This document shows positions 33,995-43,675 of a stretch of 64,000 nt of DNA, piece by piece. Numbering within the stretch: the first letter of the stretch is position 1; each line of letters begins with the position of its first letter. The notes beneath the pieces were generated by a model. The model did no database searches. It was not told the DNA's origin and saw only the letters and a program-made list of their open reading frames with translations. The DNA comes from Rhodospirillales bacterium (lineage in GTDB: Bacteria > Pseudomonadota > Alphaproteobacteria > Acetobacterales > Acetobacteraceae). The translations under genes were made by a program, and so were the position numbers. The stretch spans positions 7,027 through 71,026 of the forward strand of contig JANXSM010000054.1 in the NCBI GenBank assembly GCA_025352665.1, given 5' to 3'.

Positions 33995-34782
33995 GCCATC
34001 ACCGTATCGATCTCCACCAGGCTGCCGGCGATCCCCTCGATGCCGATCCGGCCGCCGCCGCGCGCCAACGCCACCAGCAGCGGAAGGCTGCGCGCCGCCG
34101 GATTGCCGCGCCGCAGTTCGTCCAGCGCCGTATCATCGAACACGGTACCGGAAGCGTTGCCGTGCCGCAGCGTGATGTCCAACGTCGCCAGGCTGCGCCC
34201 ACTGTCCTGCGGCGACAGCACCAGCCCCACCCCGAACGAGCCTGTCACCCGCCGTGCCGCACGCAGCGGCTCCGGATACGGCGTGTCATACGCAATCAAA
34301 GTCACCGGCCGCGCGTCGATATTGGCCTGCACCGCGGCATCCAACAGCCCAGTCGCGAAACTGCCGTCGAACCCGCACAGGCTGGTGCTCGGCGCCGTCG
34401 CCGCACAGGCCAGCGCCCAATAGCCGGAGGGCGCGTTGTGCACCGAGTTATGGAACCGCGTCGGCGAGATCTCGCGCTGTTCGGTGGCCAGCACGGTCAG
34501 GATCTCATGGATCGTGTCGCCATCGCCGCCCGAGGAGGCGAACACCGTCGCCATGTCGCAGGCCGCGCGCCCGGCCTGCGCCAAAGCCTCCAAACCCACG
34601 GCCACGGACAGGCGAACCGTACCCCCCGTTCGCCGGCGCTCGGCTGGCGGCAGAGCCGCGATCGGTGGCAGCACGACCTCGCCGGGGACAAACGCAGCCT
34701 CCCCCGCCAGCACCGGCTTTGCGGCCGTCCACCCGGCCAGCCCCGGGCCGAGCACGCCGATCCCCTCCAGATAAACCCGCAT
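33991..34782 (-). CDS. beta-ketoacyl synthase N-terminal-like protein (chain-length-factor-like, no active-site Cys motif seen)
   Basis: ATG at 34782 (MRVYLEGIGVLGPGL) overlaps the KS stop by 1 nt (TGATG). KS-like fold sequence without the C-H-H triad. Confidence 0.7.
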   Translation of the reverse strand: MRVYLEGIGVLGPGLAGWTAAKPVLAGEAAFVPGEVVLPPIAALPPAERRRTGGTVRLSVAVGLEALAQAGRAACDMATVFASSGGDGDTIHEILTVLATEQREISPTRFHNSVHNAPSGYWALACAATAPSTSLCGFDGSFATGLLDAAVQANIDARPVTLIAYDTPYPEPLRAARRVTGSFGVGLVLSPQDSGRSLATLDITLRHGNASGTVFDDTALDELRRGNPAARSLPLLVALARGGGRIGIEGIAGSLVEIDTVMA

Positions 34783-35978
34783 CAGGCCGCGGCCCCCAGC
34801 ACCAGGCTGCAGTTGGTGCCGCCGAAACCGAACGAGTTGCTCATCACCGTTCGCAGTTTCATCTCGGTCGGCGCCAGCAGGTACCGGCTGCGAAACCCCG
34901 CATCGACCGCCCCGGTGTTCGGGCTGCCCGGCGCGAAGCCGTGCTGGATCGCCAATGCCGAAACAATCGCTTCCACCACGCCCGCAGCCCCCAGCGTGTG
35001 GCCGGTGTGGCCCTTCGTCGAACTGCAAGGCGTACCCGGCCCGAACACGTCGAACATGGCGTGATCCTCCGCCGCATCGCCCACGGGGGTCGCCGTGCCA
35101 TGCAGGTTCACATAGTCGATCTGCCCCGCCGCCATCCCGGCCGAAGCCAGCGCCCGTTCGATCGCAAGCCTGGCCCCCAGCCCCTGCGGATGCGGCGAGG
35201 ACATATGATAGGCATCGTTGCTCTCGCCGAGGCCGAGCAAGCTCACCTCACCGGCCTGCGCCGGACCTTTTTCCAACAGCACAAAACCCGCCGCCTCGCC
35301 GATCGAAATCCCATCGCGCGTCGCATCGGCCGGCCGGCACGGCGCGGCCGAGGTCAACCCCAGCGAAGCGAACCCGTGCAGCGTGGTCAGGCACAGGCTG
35401 TCGGCCCCCCCCACCACGGCTGCATCGCACAGCCCCGCCGCGATCATGCGCGACGCGTTGCCGAAAGCCTTGGCGGTGGAGGCACAGGCGCAGGACACCA
35501 CCAACGCCGGCCCGGACAGGCCAAGCCGGGCCTGCAGAAAAGCGGCCAGCGCGAAGGTATTGTGCGTGCTTTCGTAATTGAAGCTCGCCGGCAAGGCCCC
35601 GGTTGCGCGATCGCGGTCCCGATAGGCGTGCTCCGCCTCCAGAATGCCCGAGGTGCTGGTGCCCAGAAACAGGCCGATCCGCGTGGCGCCAAGCCGGTCC
35701 CGCGCGTCCGCCACCGCGGCCAGGAAGCCATCCTGCTGCAAGGCGAGCTCGGCCAGGCGATTGTTGCGGCAATCGAACACACCCAGCCCATCGGCCATGC
35801 GCATTTCGTCCAGCCCCATGATCTCGCCGGCGTAGGTCGCCAATTCGTTGCCCTCGAACCGGCAAGGTGCCAGCCCGCTGCGCCCGCTCCGCAGTGCTTC
35901 CAGCGTTTCGTTCAGCCCCCGCCCCAGGCTGGTCACGACGCACATCCGGGCAAGACGCAAAGGCTGCATAACGCTCAT
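34782..35978 (-). CDS. beta-ketoacyl-ACP synthase (FabF/FabB-like)
   Basis: Active-site 'SCACAST', 'NLHGTATPVGD', 'SSTKGHTGHTLGAAG'. 398 aa. Confidence 0.9.
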   Translation of the reverse strand: MSVMQPLRLARMCVVTSLGRGLNETLEALRSGRSGLAPCRFEGNELATYAGEIMGLDEMRMADGLGVFDCRNNRLAELALQQDGFLAAVADARDRLGATRIGLFLGTSTSGILEAEHAYRDRDRATGALPASFNYESTHNTFALAAFLQARLGLSGPALVVSCACASTAKAFGNASRMIAAGLCDAAVVGGADSLCLTTLHGFASLGLTSAAPCRPADATRDGISIGEAAGFVLLEKGPAQAGEVSLLGLGESNDAYHMSSPHPQGLGARLAIERALASAGMAAGQIDYVNLHGTATPVGDAAEDHAMFDVFGPGTPCSSTKGHTGHTLGAAGVVEAIVSALAIQHGFAPGSPNTGAVDAGFRSRYLLAPTEMKLRTVMSNSFGFGGTNCSLVLGAAA

Positions 35979-37192
35979 TTCGTGCCTTGGACCAGTTTGT
36001 CGAGCGCCTGCTGTTCGCGGCGGATGTGATCGAGATAACGGCTCACGAACGCGGGGGGCGCATCGGTGTCCGGTGCCGCCAGGATCCGGCGGTAACGATC
36101 CTGGAAATATCGCAGGTTGGTGGCAAGATCCGTGTAGCGAGGGTCACGGAAGATCTCCTCGAACCGCTGCTGGTAATGGCCAAAGATCGCCTCGTCCATG
36201 AAGATCAGCCGCAGCTTCGTCTCGTACATGGCATTGATCGGCACCGCCCGCTCCGCCTCCGCCAACCCCCCGGGACGAGTCGCGATCCAGTCCTGCTGTT
36301 CCAGCGCCTGACGCAGTTCGCCGTCATCATAAATGGCACCGGGGTCGTCGATCGGCAGGTCGTTGGTGCGCCGCATCAGGTTGACGAACTCGTTCTTCGG
36401 CACCGGAAAATCAAAGGCCGCGATCAGCAGCGCCCGATCGGTCGGCCAATGCCGCCACAGGCCGACCGTGGCGAGCGCATTATGGGTCAGATGCGCGCAG
36501 TTGTCGCGCAGCACGTCCCACTGGAATTCCTTGCTGCCGTTGCGGTAGGGCGCGTTGACGGCGTTGAGGTAGTCCACCACGCCCTGCATACGCGCACGGT
36601 CGATCGGCACCCGCGCGCAGTAGCGATCACGGCCGAAGGCGATGGCGTAGTCCGTCGCCACCGACTCCTCATACATGTAGTCGCGCTCCGACAGCACCTT
36701 CGGCCGCTCGGCCAGCACGGCCTCATGAAACACGATACCGTCGAGCACGCCTTTCCGTTCGGCCACAGCCTGGGTGCGGGCGTATGCCGCAGGGGTCAGC
36801 GGCTCGCCCGGCTTCAGGTCGCCGTGCAGGAAAAAGTCGCGCCCGGGCGTCGCGGTCCAGTTGGCGTTCTTGTAATGCGCGTTGACGCTGATCCCGACGC
36901 CCTCGCCCTCGCCCTCGGAAGGTGCCCCGTCGCAGACCGAGATCACCGGATAGCCCTGCGCCTTGCACACGCCGTTCAGATACAGCACCGAGTGCCCGCC
37001 GGGGCCGCCGCCCTCGATGTCGACCGCACTGCCAGGCCGCTTGCGGATCTCCGAAAGGGCGCAGAATTCCAGGTAATACGGAAACGCCGCCACATACTGC
37101 GCCTCGTCCGTCGCACCCGAGGCCACGTTGTACAAGGTGCTGACACAGCCCTGCAGCAGCGAGAGGCAAAGTATGAGGCTCACCCAGCGCAT
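35975..37192 (-). CDS. lipoprotein of unknown function embedded in the lipid cluster
   Basis: 'MRWVSLILCLSLLQGC' lipobox with ATG at 37192. 'RDNCAHLTHNAL' motif. ATGA overlap with the KS start. Confidence 0.65.
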   Translation of the reverse strand: MRWVSLILCLSLLQGCVSTLYNVASGATDEAQYVAAFPYYLEFCALSEIRKRPGSAVDIEGGGPGGHSVLYLNGVCKAQGYPVISVCDGAPSEGEGEGVGISVNAHYKNANWTATPGRDFFLHGDLKPGEPLTPAAYARTQAVAERKGVLDGIVFHEAVLAERPKVLSERDYMYEESVATDYAIAFGRDRYCARVPIDRARMQGVVDYLNAVNAPYRNGSKEFQWDVLRDNCAHLTHNALATVGLWRHWPTDRALLIAAFDFPVPKNEFVNLMRRTNDLPIDDPGAIYDDGELRQALEQQDWIATRPGGLAEAERAVPINAMYETKLRLIFMDEAIFGHYQQRFEEIFRDPRYTDLATNLRYFQDRYRRILAAPDTDAPPAFVSRYLDHIRREQQALDKLVQGTK

Positions 37193-37734
37193 GGCATCAC
37201 CCGTAGGATTTCGTTCCATAATTTCGTCCATGTCGGCCAGTCGTGGCCGCCTTCGGTCGCAATGACCCGTTCGGGTGGCAGCAAGGCCTGCAGCAGCGCA
37301 CTCGCCGGCGCATAGCGGTCGTCCCGACCGTAGCCCAGCCAGACATTCCGCGGCAGGCCGCAGCGCAGCCAGGCCAGCATCGCCTCGCCCGGCGGCGGCT
37401 GCCAGGCCGCCAGCCCCCCGGCATCGGCGATGTCAGCGATCAGGCCGCGGGTGCCGAGAAAAGGCGCGAGCAGAATAATGCCCGCGACCAGCCCCGGTGC
37501 CGCGCGCGCCGTCTGCAGCGCCCCCATGGCACCCAGCGAGATGCCCAGCAGCCACACCCGACGTCCCGCGATCTGTTCCACGATCAGCGCCGACACATCG
37601 CCGTCGAGGTAGGCCGCCTGCGGCACACGGGCCTCGATTGCATGGCCCCACCCAGCGACGATGCCGTGCGCCGCGAAATCGCCGGGTTCGAAATACGCGC
37701 CGGACACCATGACCAGCAACGGACGCTCACGCAT
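37180..37734 (-). CDS. alpha/beta hydrolase (small, about 184 aa)
   Basis: 'VWLLGISLGAMGAL' nucleophile elbow. ATG at 37734 (GTG alternative at 37743) overlaps the MMPL stop region. Confidence 0.7.
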   Translation of the reverse strand: MRERPLLVMVSGAYFEPGDFAAHGIVAGWGHAIEARVPQAAYLDGDVSALIVEQIAGRRVWLLGISLGAMGALQTARAAPGLVAGIILLAPFLGTRGLIADIADAGGLAAWQPPPGEAMLAWLRCGLPRNVWLGYGRDDRYAPASALLQALLPPERVIATEGGHDWPTWTKLWNEILRVMPCAG

Positions 37735-40015
37735 GACGCGCACTCAGCACCGCGCCGAACACCAGGCTGAGGCAGGCCCCGATAGCCACCGTCGTACCAA
37801 TGCCATGCAGCACCGGGACCTGGGAAAAGCCGAGAATGCCGAAGCCTATCACCGTGCACAGATCGGCCAAAACCAGGGACGCCACCATCGGCCGGCGCGC
37901 ACCCTCCTGCCCCTCGAAGAACAGGCAGTAGTTCGACCCCACGGCCACCACCAGCAGCAGGCCGAACAGGTTGAAGATCGACAGCCGCCCGCTGCCCGCC
38001 AGCACGATCGCTGCCGTGCACACCACGCTCGCCAAAAGCGGCAGCAGCACCCGCGAAATCCTTGCGGGGGAGCGCAGGCTCACCGCCAGCAGCAGCACGA
38101 TCACCAGCCCGCCCACCAGCGACAGGGTCACCGCCTCCCCCCTGTAATCCCCGAGCAACTGGTCAGACGCCTGCTTGAGATCGAGGAACACCACGCCACC
38201 ACCGGCGACACGCTCCACCGCCGCGCGGTCGGCCACACCCTGCAGCGGCAGCAGCGCGATCCACCCGGCGCCGCGCCGCAGCAGCAGCGTATCCACCTGC
38301 AGGGCGAGCCCGGTGCCATCGAGATCGGCGCGATGCAACAGCGCTCCGCTGCGGGCGGCGGCGACATCGGCCAGGAAGGGCGCGAACAGATCCGGCCGCA
38401 GCACGGTGCCCCCGACCGCCTCCGCCAGCCGGTCGCGCAGCACCGCAGGCGCCGGCAGGGCTGCCTGGCGCGCCCGTTGCAACGCCTCGCTCGGCAGAAA
38501 CCGCGCCGGCGTGTCGTAGCCGGCCAAGGCCCTGGCCGAAACCAGCGGGTCCAGCCTGGCCGCAACCGCCTCGCTCGCCTCCAGTGCCAACTGCACGGTC
38601 GGGCGCTCCACCACCAGCATCAGCCGCACATCGGCAGCACCGAGTTCGCCGCGCAGCCGCGCGTCCTGCGCCAACGCTTCCGCCGGAATTGGACTCATGC
38701 TGGAAAGCTCATCCTCCCAGTACGGCCCCGGATGCGACGCCAGCGCCAGCACCGCTACCCCACTCGCCGCCAGCACCCCCCAGCGCAGCGCCGCCCGCCG
38801 CTCCACCAGCGCCAGCACCGGCCGGGCGAACACGGTCGAACCCACCGCCGAGAACCCCACCGGCAGCAGCTCCGGCAGCACGAACCGCGTCACCGCCAGC
38901 GCCGTCACCAGGCCTGCGATGGTGAACAGCCCAAGCTGGGCGAAACCCGTGAAATGTGAAAACAGCATGGCGCTGAACCCACAGACCGACGTCAGCATGC
39001 CCAGCCGCAGGATCGGCCAGATCCGCGGCAAAGTGTCCCGCGCCCGCCCGCCCGCAGGCGTCTGGGTGAACAGATAGATCGCATAGTCCACGGCCTCGCC
39101 GATCAAGGTCACGCCAAAGCCGAGCGTGATCCCGTGCACGAAGCCGAACACCAGCCCAACCGCGGCGATGCCAGCCAACGCCCCGCTTGCCACCGGCAGA
39201 AGGCCCAGCACCAGCACCGGCAGCGAGCGATAGGCCAGCAGCAGCACCGCCGCCACCAGCGCCGTGGCGATCATCGAAAACCGCTCGGCATCGCCCTTGA
39301 TGCGCGCCCGCGCGGCCACCGCGAACACCGGCGGCCCGGTCATCACCAGCTCGGCAGCCACCCCCGCCTCCTGGCGTGTCGCCTCGAAGGCGGCGCGGAT
39401 ATGCGAAAGCCCCGCCTCCTGCGCGTCGATGTCAAAACCGGCGGCACGGGTTGAAACCGACAGCAGCGCCTGCGTGCCGTCCCGCGACACCCACACGCCG
39501 TCCGCGCTGCGCGGCCGGGCGCGGCCGGCGAGCGTGTCGGCCAGGCCCAGGATTTCACCGGTCGGATCGGCCGGCAGACTCTGTTTCACGAGCACGCCGA
39601 AATCCGAGCCCAGCAGCGCCACATCGCGCAACAACGCCGCGTGCAGGCCGGCCACGGTGAAACGCTCCGCCGTCACCTCCGGGCTCAGCAGATAACGCCG
39701 CTGCCACAGCAGCGCCCGCTCGCCCGCCATCGCATCGGCATCGCCATTGGCTACCAGAGCAAAGCCGGGGTCCGCGCGCAACCGCCCAGCCAGGCCGCGG
39801 CTCAGATCGCCAAGCCGCTCAGCCGGCCCCTGCACCGCCACCAGCACCATGCGAGACACCACGCCTTCGCGCAGCTGGTCCACCAGCATCTGCTGTGCGG
39901 CCGTCGGCGCGCGCGGCAGAAACGCCGACATGTCCGTCGAAAACGGCGTCCGCACGATGACCCCAATGGCCAGCACCAGCCCTGCCAGCCACAGTCCGAT
40001 CGCCCACCGCCTCAC
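37727..40015 (-). CDS. MMPL/RND-superfamily exporter
   Basis: 762 aa with two 6-TM bundles separated by large loops. GTGA overlap with the LolA-like gene. Confidence 0.85.
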   Translation of the reverse strand: MRRWAIGLWLAGLVLAIGVIVRTPFSTDMSAFLPRAPTAAQQMLVDQLREGVVSRMVLVAVQGPAERLGDLSRGLAGRLRADPGFALVANGDADAMAGERALLWQRRYLLSPEVTAERFTVAGLHAALLRDVALLGSDFGVLVKQSLPADPTGEILGLADTLAGRARPRSADGVWVSRDGTQALLSVSTRAAGFDIDAQEAGLSHIRAAFEATRQEAGVAAELVMTGPPVFAVAARARIKGDAERFSMIATALVAAVLLLAYRSLPVLVLGLLPVASGALAGIAAVGLVFGFVHGITLGFGVTLIGEAVDYAIYLFTQTPAGGRARDTLPRIWPILRLGMLTSVCGFSAMLFSHFTGFAQLGLFTIAGLVTALAVTRFVLPELLPVGFSAVGSTVFARPVLALVERRAALRWGVLAASGVAVLALASHPGPYWEDELSSMSPIPAEALAQDARLRGELGAADVRLMLVVERPTVQLALEASEAVAARLDPLVSARALAGYDTPARFLPSEALQRARQAALPAPAVLRDRLAEAVGGTVLRPDLFAPFLADVAAARSGALLHRADLDGTGLALQVDTLLLRRGAGWIALLPLQGVADRAAVERVAGGGVVFLDLKQASDQLLGDYRGEAVTLSLVGGLVIVLLLAVSLRSPARISRVLLPLLASVVCTAAIVLAGSGRLSIFNLFGLLLVVAVGSNYCLFFEGQEGARRPMVASLVLADLCTVIGFGILGFSQVPVLHGIGTTVAIGACLSLVFGAVLSARHA

Positions 40016-40605
40016 GACGGGTCCGGCGTGATCGTCATGTCGGAATGATCGCCGTCGGGCTGATAGGTATCGATCCGCCGCAGCAGATCGAAACTGCCGG
40101 TGATCCGAATGCCTGAAACCAGCGCCAGCATCCGCCTCTCCCGCGGCACCAGGTCAAGCTGCCAATCGGCCGCCCCGCCGCGCAGGGCCAGGGTGTAGAC
40201 CCGGTTCAACGTTGCGAGGTCGCCGGCCATGGTGGCCCGCAGCCCATCCACCAGAGCCGATATCTCCGGCACCTCGCGCAGCGAAAGGCTGCGCCCCGGG
40301 CTGCCCGCCTGCTCCACCAGCAGCCGGTCGCCCTCGATCGAAAGCCGCCCCGGCTGCGGCGCCAACGTCTGTTTCTCCAGCCGATCCGGCGCCGCGTACC
40401 GCAGCACGCCGGTCGAGACCAAGGGCTGCGTCGTCACCTGCAGATAATGCCTCTCAACGAACTGCGCCGAGCCCGATTTCACCCGCGCCAGCCCGGCCAT
40501 CAGCTCCGGCAGGCCCCAGGCCAGATCCGTGTCCGCCCAGGCCGGGCGAACCACACTTGCCAACATCGCTGCCAGCAGCAGCCGGCGATCACGCCCAGAA
40601 GTCAT
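40012..40605 (-). CDS. LolA-like outer-membrane lipoprotein carrier family protein
   Basis: Signal peptide 'RRLLLAAMLASVVRPAWA'. '..FVERHYLQVTTQPLVSTGVLRYAAPDRLEK..' is LolA-like. ATG at 40605. Confidence 0.7.
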   Translation of the reverse strand: MTSGRDRRLLLAAMLASVVRPAWADTDLAWGLPELMAGLARVKSGSAQFVERHYLQVTTQPLVSTGVLRYAAPDRLEKQTLAPQPGRLSIEGDRLLVEQAGSPGRSLSLREVPEISALVDGLRATMAGDLATLNRVYTLALRGGAADWQLDLVPRERRMLALVSGIRITGSFDLLRRIDTYQPDGDHSDMTITPDPS

Positions 40606-41440
40606 AGAAATTGGACCAGTTGTAAGGCGCCTGCCGGCAATACCGCTCCAGCAGCGCCACATAACGTCGCATCATCGCCGCCTCGTCGCCGTCGTTCTCG
40701 ATCGCCTCGAACACGATGTCGTAACACCCGGCGCCGCGATAAAGCCCGACCATGAACACCACGGGGTGGCCCAGCATCGCCGCCATGCGGAACGGCCCTT
40801 CGGGAAACCATGCCGGCGTTCCAAGAAAATCGAGCCGCACCCGCTTGCCCTCGGCCAACCCCCGATCGGCGAGCACGCCCACCAGATGCCCGTCGTCCAG
40901 CCGGTCGCGCACCGCCAGCATCGCGCCAGGCCGGCCCAGCGAGATGATCTCCACGCCCAGCGTGGGATTGATGGCGTTGAGCACCGCACCGGTCTTGCGC
41001 GCATTGTCCTCGAACATCACCAGGCTCAGCTTCTGCTCGCACAGCCGGTGCCCGGCGCTGCGCACCGCCTCGAAACTGCCGAGATGGGCGCCCAACAGCA
41101 GGCACCCGCGCCCGTCCAGCGCCTGCGCGCCGATCACCTGAAAACGTAGCCCCGCCGTGCGGCCGCGCAGCAGATACACGCGATCGAGCACGCAGACAGC
41201 AAAGCTGCGGCAATGCCGCCAGTCATCGATGAAGCGCGGCGGACGGCCCAGCACCCGCGGCAGATAGCTGCGCGAGGCCTGCTGCCAGTGCGACGGCACC
41301 AGCATGAAATACAGGCAGATTGGCGCCAGCAGCACGCCCATCACCCTGCGCCCCAAGGCCAACGCCAGCCAGACAATGAGCCTGATCGCCCAGACGGAAC
41401 CGCGTTCCTCCTGCGTCGTCCACTGCGCCTGCTTCGTCAT
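40589..41440 (-). CDS. LPLAT-superfamily (LpxL/HtrB-like) acyltransferase
   Basis: N-terminal transmembrane helix; 'LLLGAHLGSFEAV' (HX4-acidic motif). ATG at 41440. Confidence 0.75.
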   Translation of the reverse strand: MTKQAQWTTQEERGSVWAIRLIVWLALALGRRVMGVLLAPICLYFMLVPSHWQQASRSYLPRVLGRPPRFIDDWRHCRSFAVCVLDRVYLLRGRTAGLRFQVIGAQALDGRGCLLLGAHLGSFEAVRSAGHRLCEQKLSLVMFEDNARKTGAVLNAINPTLGVEIISLGRPGAMLAVRDRLDDGHLVGVLADRGLAEGKRVRLDFLGTPAWFPEGPFRMAAMLGHPVVFMVGLYRGAGCYDIVFEAIENDGDEAAMMRRYVALLERYCRQAPYNWSNFYDFWA

Positions 41441-41448
41441 CGACGGGG

Positions 41449-41757
41449 TTATGGCGGTGCCAACCGCAATGCGCCAGTCACCACCCGCGGACCGTCGGGC
41501 ATGATGCGGCAGCTGAACCGCACGCGCCCGTCCACGCCTGATTCCCACTCGATCGCCACCACATCGCCCGGCCGAACCTTGTGCAGAAACTTCGCCGCCT
41601 CGATGCGCCGGCAGAAGCGCTGCGGGTCGTCCTGGCCGATCGCCGCCACAATCTCGCGCAGCAGCACGGCACCAGGAATGATCGGCTCATCGACGAAATG
41701 CCCGTCCGTCGCGGGATGCGGATCGGCGACGTGCCACAGCGCGTGCCCGTCGCTCAT
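41449..41757 (-). CDS. small hotdog-fold dehydratase/thioesterase-like protein
   Basis: 102 aa with 'HFVDEPIIPGAVLLREI' (FabZ/FabA-like His-x-PG motif). ATGA overlap with the ligase stop. Confidence 0.65.
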   Translation of the reverse strand: MSDGHALWHVADPHPATDGHFVDEPIIPGAVLLREIVAAIGQDDPQRFCRRIEAAKFLHKVRPGDVVAIEWESGVDGRVRFSCRIMPDGPRVVTGALRLAPP

Positions 41758-43037
41758 ACCGCTGCCTGCAGCGCCGTGAGCGCTGCGCACGTCAGCTTGC
41801 CCAGTGGATTGCGCGGCAGGCTTTGCACCAGCCGCACCCGCCGCGGCATGAACGCAGGATCGATCCGCCCCCGCAGCGCCGCCCGGATGTTTTCTGCGGT
41901 GAGGCCCGGCGCCACCACGAAAGCCTCCAGCCGAGTACCGGCCGCATTCCAGGTGAACACGCCATCGACCACGTCCGCCACCGCCTGCAGCTGTGCGTTC
42001 AGCGAGGCCAGCGAACTGCGCTTGCCTGCGATGTTGACCATGTCGGTGTTGCGCCCGAGCAAGCGGAAATGCCGGCTGTCGCTCAGCTCGATGATATCGC
42101 CCAGCGCGGTCTCCACGCCATCCGCCGAAACCAGCGTGGCCGAGCCGTCCTGGCGCAGCGATATCCCGTCCAGGCACCGCCATTCGTCTCGCCGCGAGGG
42201 TCTGCGGCTGGCCAGCTGCCCCGCCTCGGAACAGCCGTAGATTTCGTGCAGCGGTGCTGCAAACGCCGCCTCGGCGGCCTCAGCCAGTGCCAATTCGAGC
42301 GGCGCTGTGGCGGAAATCACGAGATCGGCCGGCGGCAGGCCACCAGCTTCCGCCAACAACAGCCGCAGATGCACCGGCGTCGTCACCAGCACCCGCGGCC
42401 GCGGCAGATCGGCCAACAGGCTCGTGATATCCGATGCATAGAACGGCCGCTCCGCCTGCAGCACCAATCCATGCCGCCAGGCCAGCATCACCAGCGATTC
42501 CAGCCCGTAGCTGTGCTGATGCGGCACGGTGCCCACCAGACTGGCGCCTTTCGCCACCGCCATCTCCTGGCCCGCGGAGGCTGCCGCCGAAACCAGCAGT
42601 CCCCAGCTGCGCGGATGTGCCGCCGGTGTTCCCGTGGATCCCGACGTGAACAGCACCGCAGCCACCTGATCCGGCGGGAACGCCGGATTTTCGCAAGCGA
42701 CTGGCAGCAGGTGCCCGGGATAGGCAAACACCGGCACCGGCACATCGACCGCAAGATCGGTCAGCGCATACACGTCCTGATAGCCGCCAAGAACCGCCGC
42801 AAGCACCCCAGCCGCCTCCGAAGGCGGTAGCAGGGTCACCTGCCCCCGGCACAGGGCGGCCGCGAAGCCCACGGCAAAGCGATACCGGTCCTGACACAGA
42901 TTGGCGACGAACCGCCCCTGCGGCAGCACCGCAGCCAGCCCCGCGACATCGGCCAGGAACGCGCCCACGGAAATCTCGCGTCCGCCCCGGCGCGCGAACA
43001 CCAGGGCCGGATCGGCATGCGCCAGCAACGCCGTCAC
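41754..43037 (-). CDS. AMP-dependent synthetase/ligase (adenylating enzyme)
   Basis: 'VLFTSGSTGTPAAHPRSW' core motif. The GTG at 43037 forms GTGA with the upstream stop. The track ORF extends spuriously to 43256. Confidence 0.8.
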   Translation of the reverse strand: MTALLAHADPALVFARRGGREISVGAFLADVAGLAAVLPQGRFVANLCQDRYRFAVGFAAALCRGQVTLLPPSEAAGVLAAVLGGYQDVYALTDLAVDVPVPVFAYPGHLLPVACENPAFPPDQVAAVLFTSGSTGTPAAHPRSWGLLVSAAASAGQEMAVAKGASLVGTVPHQHSYGLESLVMLAWRHGLVLQAERPFYASDITSLLADLPRPRVLVTTPVHLRLLLAEAGGLPPADLVISATAPLELALAEAAEAAFAAPLHEIYGCSEAGQLASRRPSRRDEWRCLDGISLRQDGSATLVSADGVETALGDIIELSDSRHFRLLGRNTDMVNIAGKRSSLASLNAQLQAVADVVDGVFTWNAAGTRLEAFVVAPGLTAENIRAALRGRIDPAFMPRRVRLVQSLPRNPLGKLTCAALTALQAAV

Positions 43038-43675
43038 AACGACCGCACCTGAAATATCTGGCGCAACGCAAACAACGACCCAGAGCCTGCCGGGCGATAA
43101 ATACCGTGCCGGAAATGGCGGAACAGCAGCTCGCACACGAACATCAGCACCACCAGCGGCAGGGTGCAGAGATTGACGAACACCGACCACCAGCTGAGCG
43201 GCGCAAGCAGCCAAAGCAGGGCGGAGGTCGCCAGCTGGGCGGCGAAAAACACGCACCAGGCAATGGTGACATTGCGCGTGTATCGCTGCAGTTCGGCGTT
43301 CAACGGCCCGCGCGCGCGCCGCGCCACCACGGATATCACCGGCTCTCGTCCCGGTGCGAGCGATGCCACGAACAAGCCGAGCAAACCGAGATAGGCGACC
43401 GCGTGCGGCACGGCGGCGGCCATCATCAACCCGTCACCGCTCATCCGCCACACCAGCAGGGTCGCCACAGACACTGCCAGCGCGCTCGAAACTCGCAGTC
43501 CGCGCCGGCAAAAACCCAGCGCCGCCCAGCTGACGAAGCCGGCCTGCACAGCCACCAGCGGCCCCGCCAGCCACGCCCAGACAGGCTGCACCACCGCCAC
43601 ATGGGCTGCCACCGGTGTTGCCAGCAGCGCCAGAACGACCAGGATTTTGCCGATGCGTCGGCCGCGCCGAGCCAC
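43034..43675 (-). CDS. integral membrane protein (6 predicted transmembrane helices) of the lipid cluster
   Basis: 213 aa, hydrophobic throughout. GTG start immediately after the ACP stop. Confidence 0.65.
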   Translation of the reverse strand: MARRGRRIGKILVVLALLATPVAAHVAVVQPVWAWLAGPLVAVQAGFVSWAALGFCRRGLRVSSALAVSVATLLVWRMSGDGLMMAAAVPHAVAYLGLLGLFVASLAPGREPVISVVARRARGPLNAELQRYTRNVTIAWCVFFAAQLATSALLWLLAPLSWWSVFVNLCTLPLVVLMFVCELLFRHFRHGIYRPAGSGSLFALRQIFQVRSL

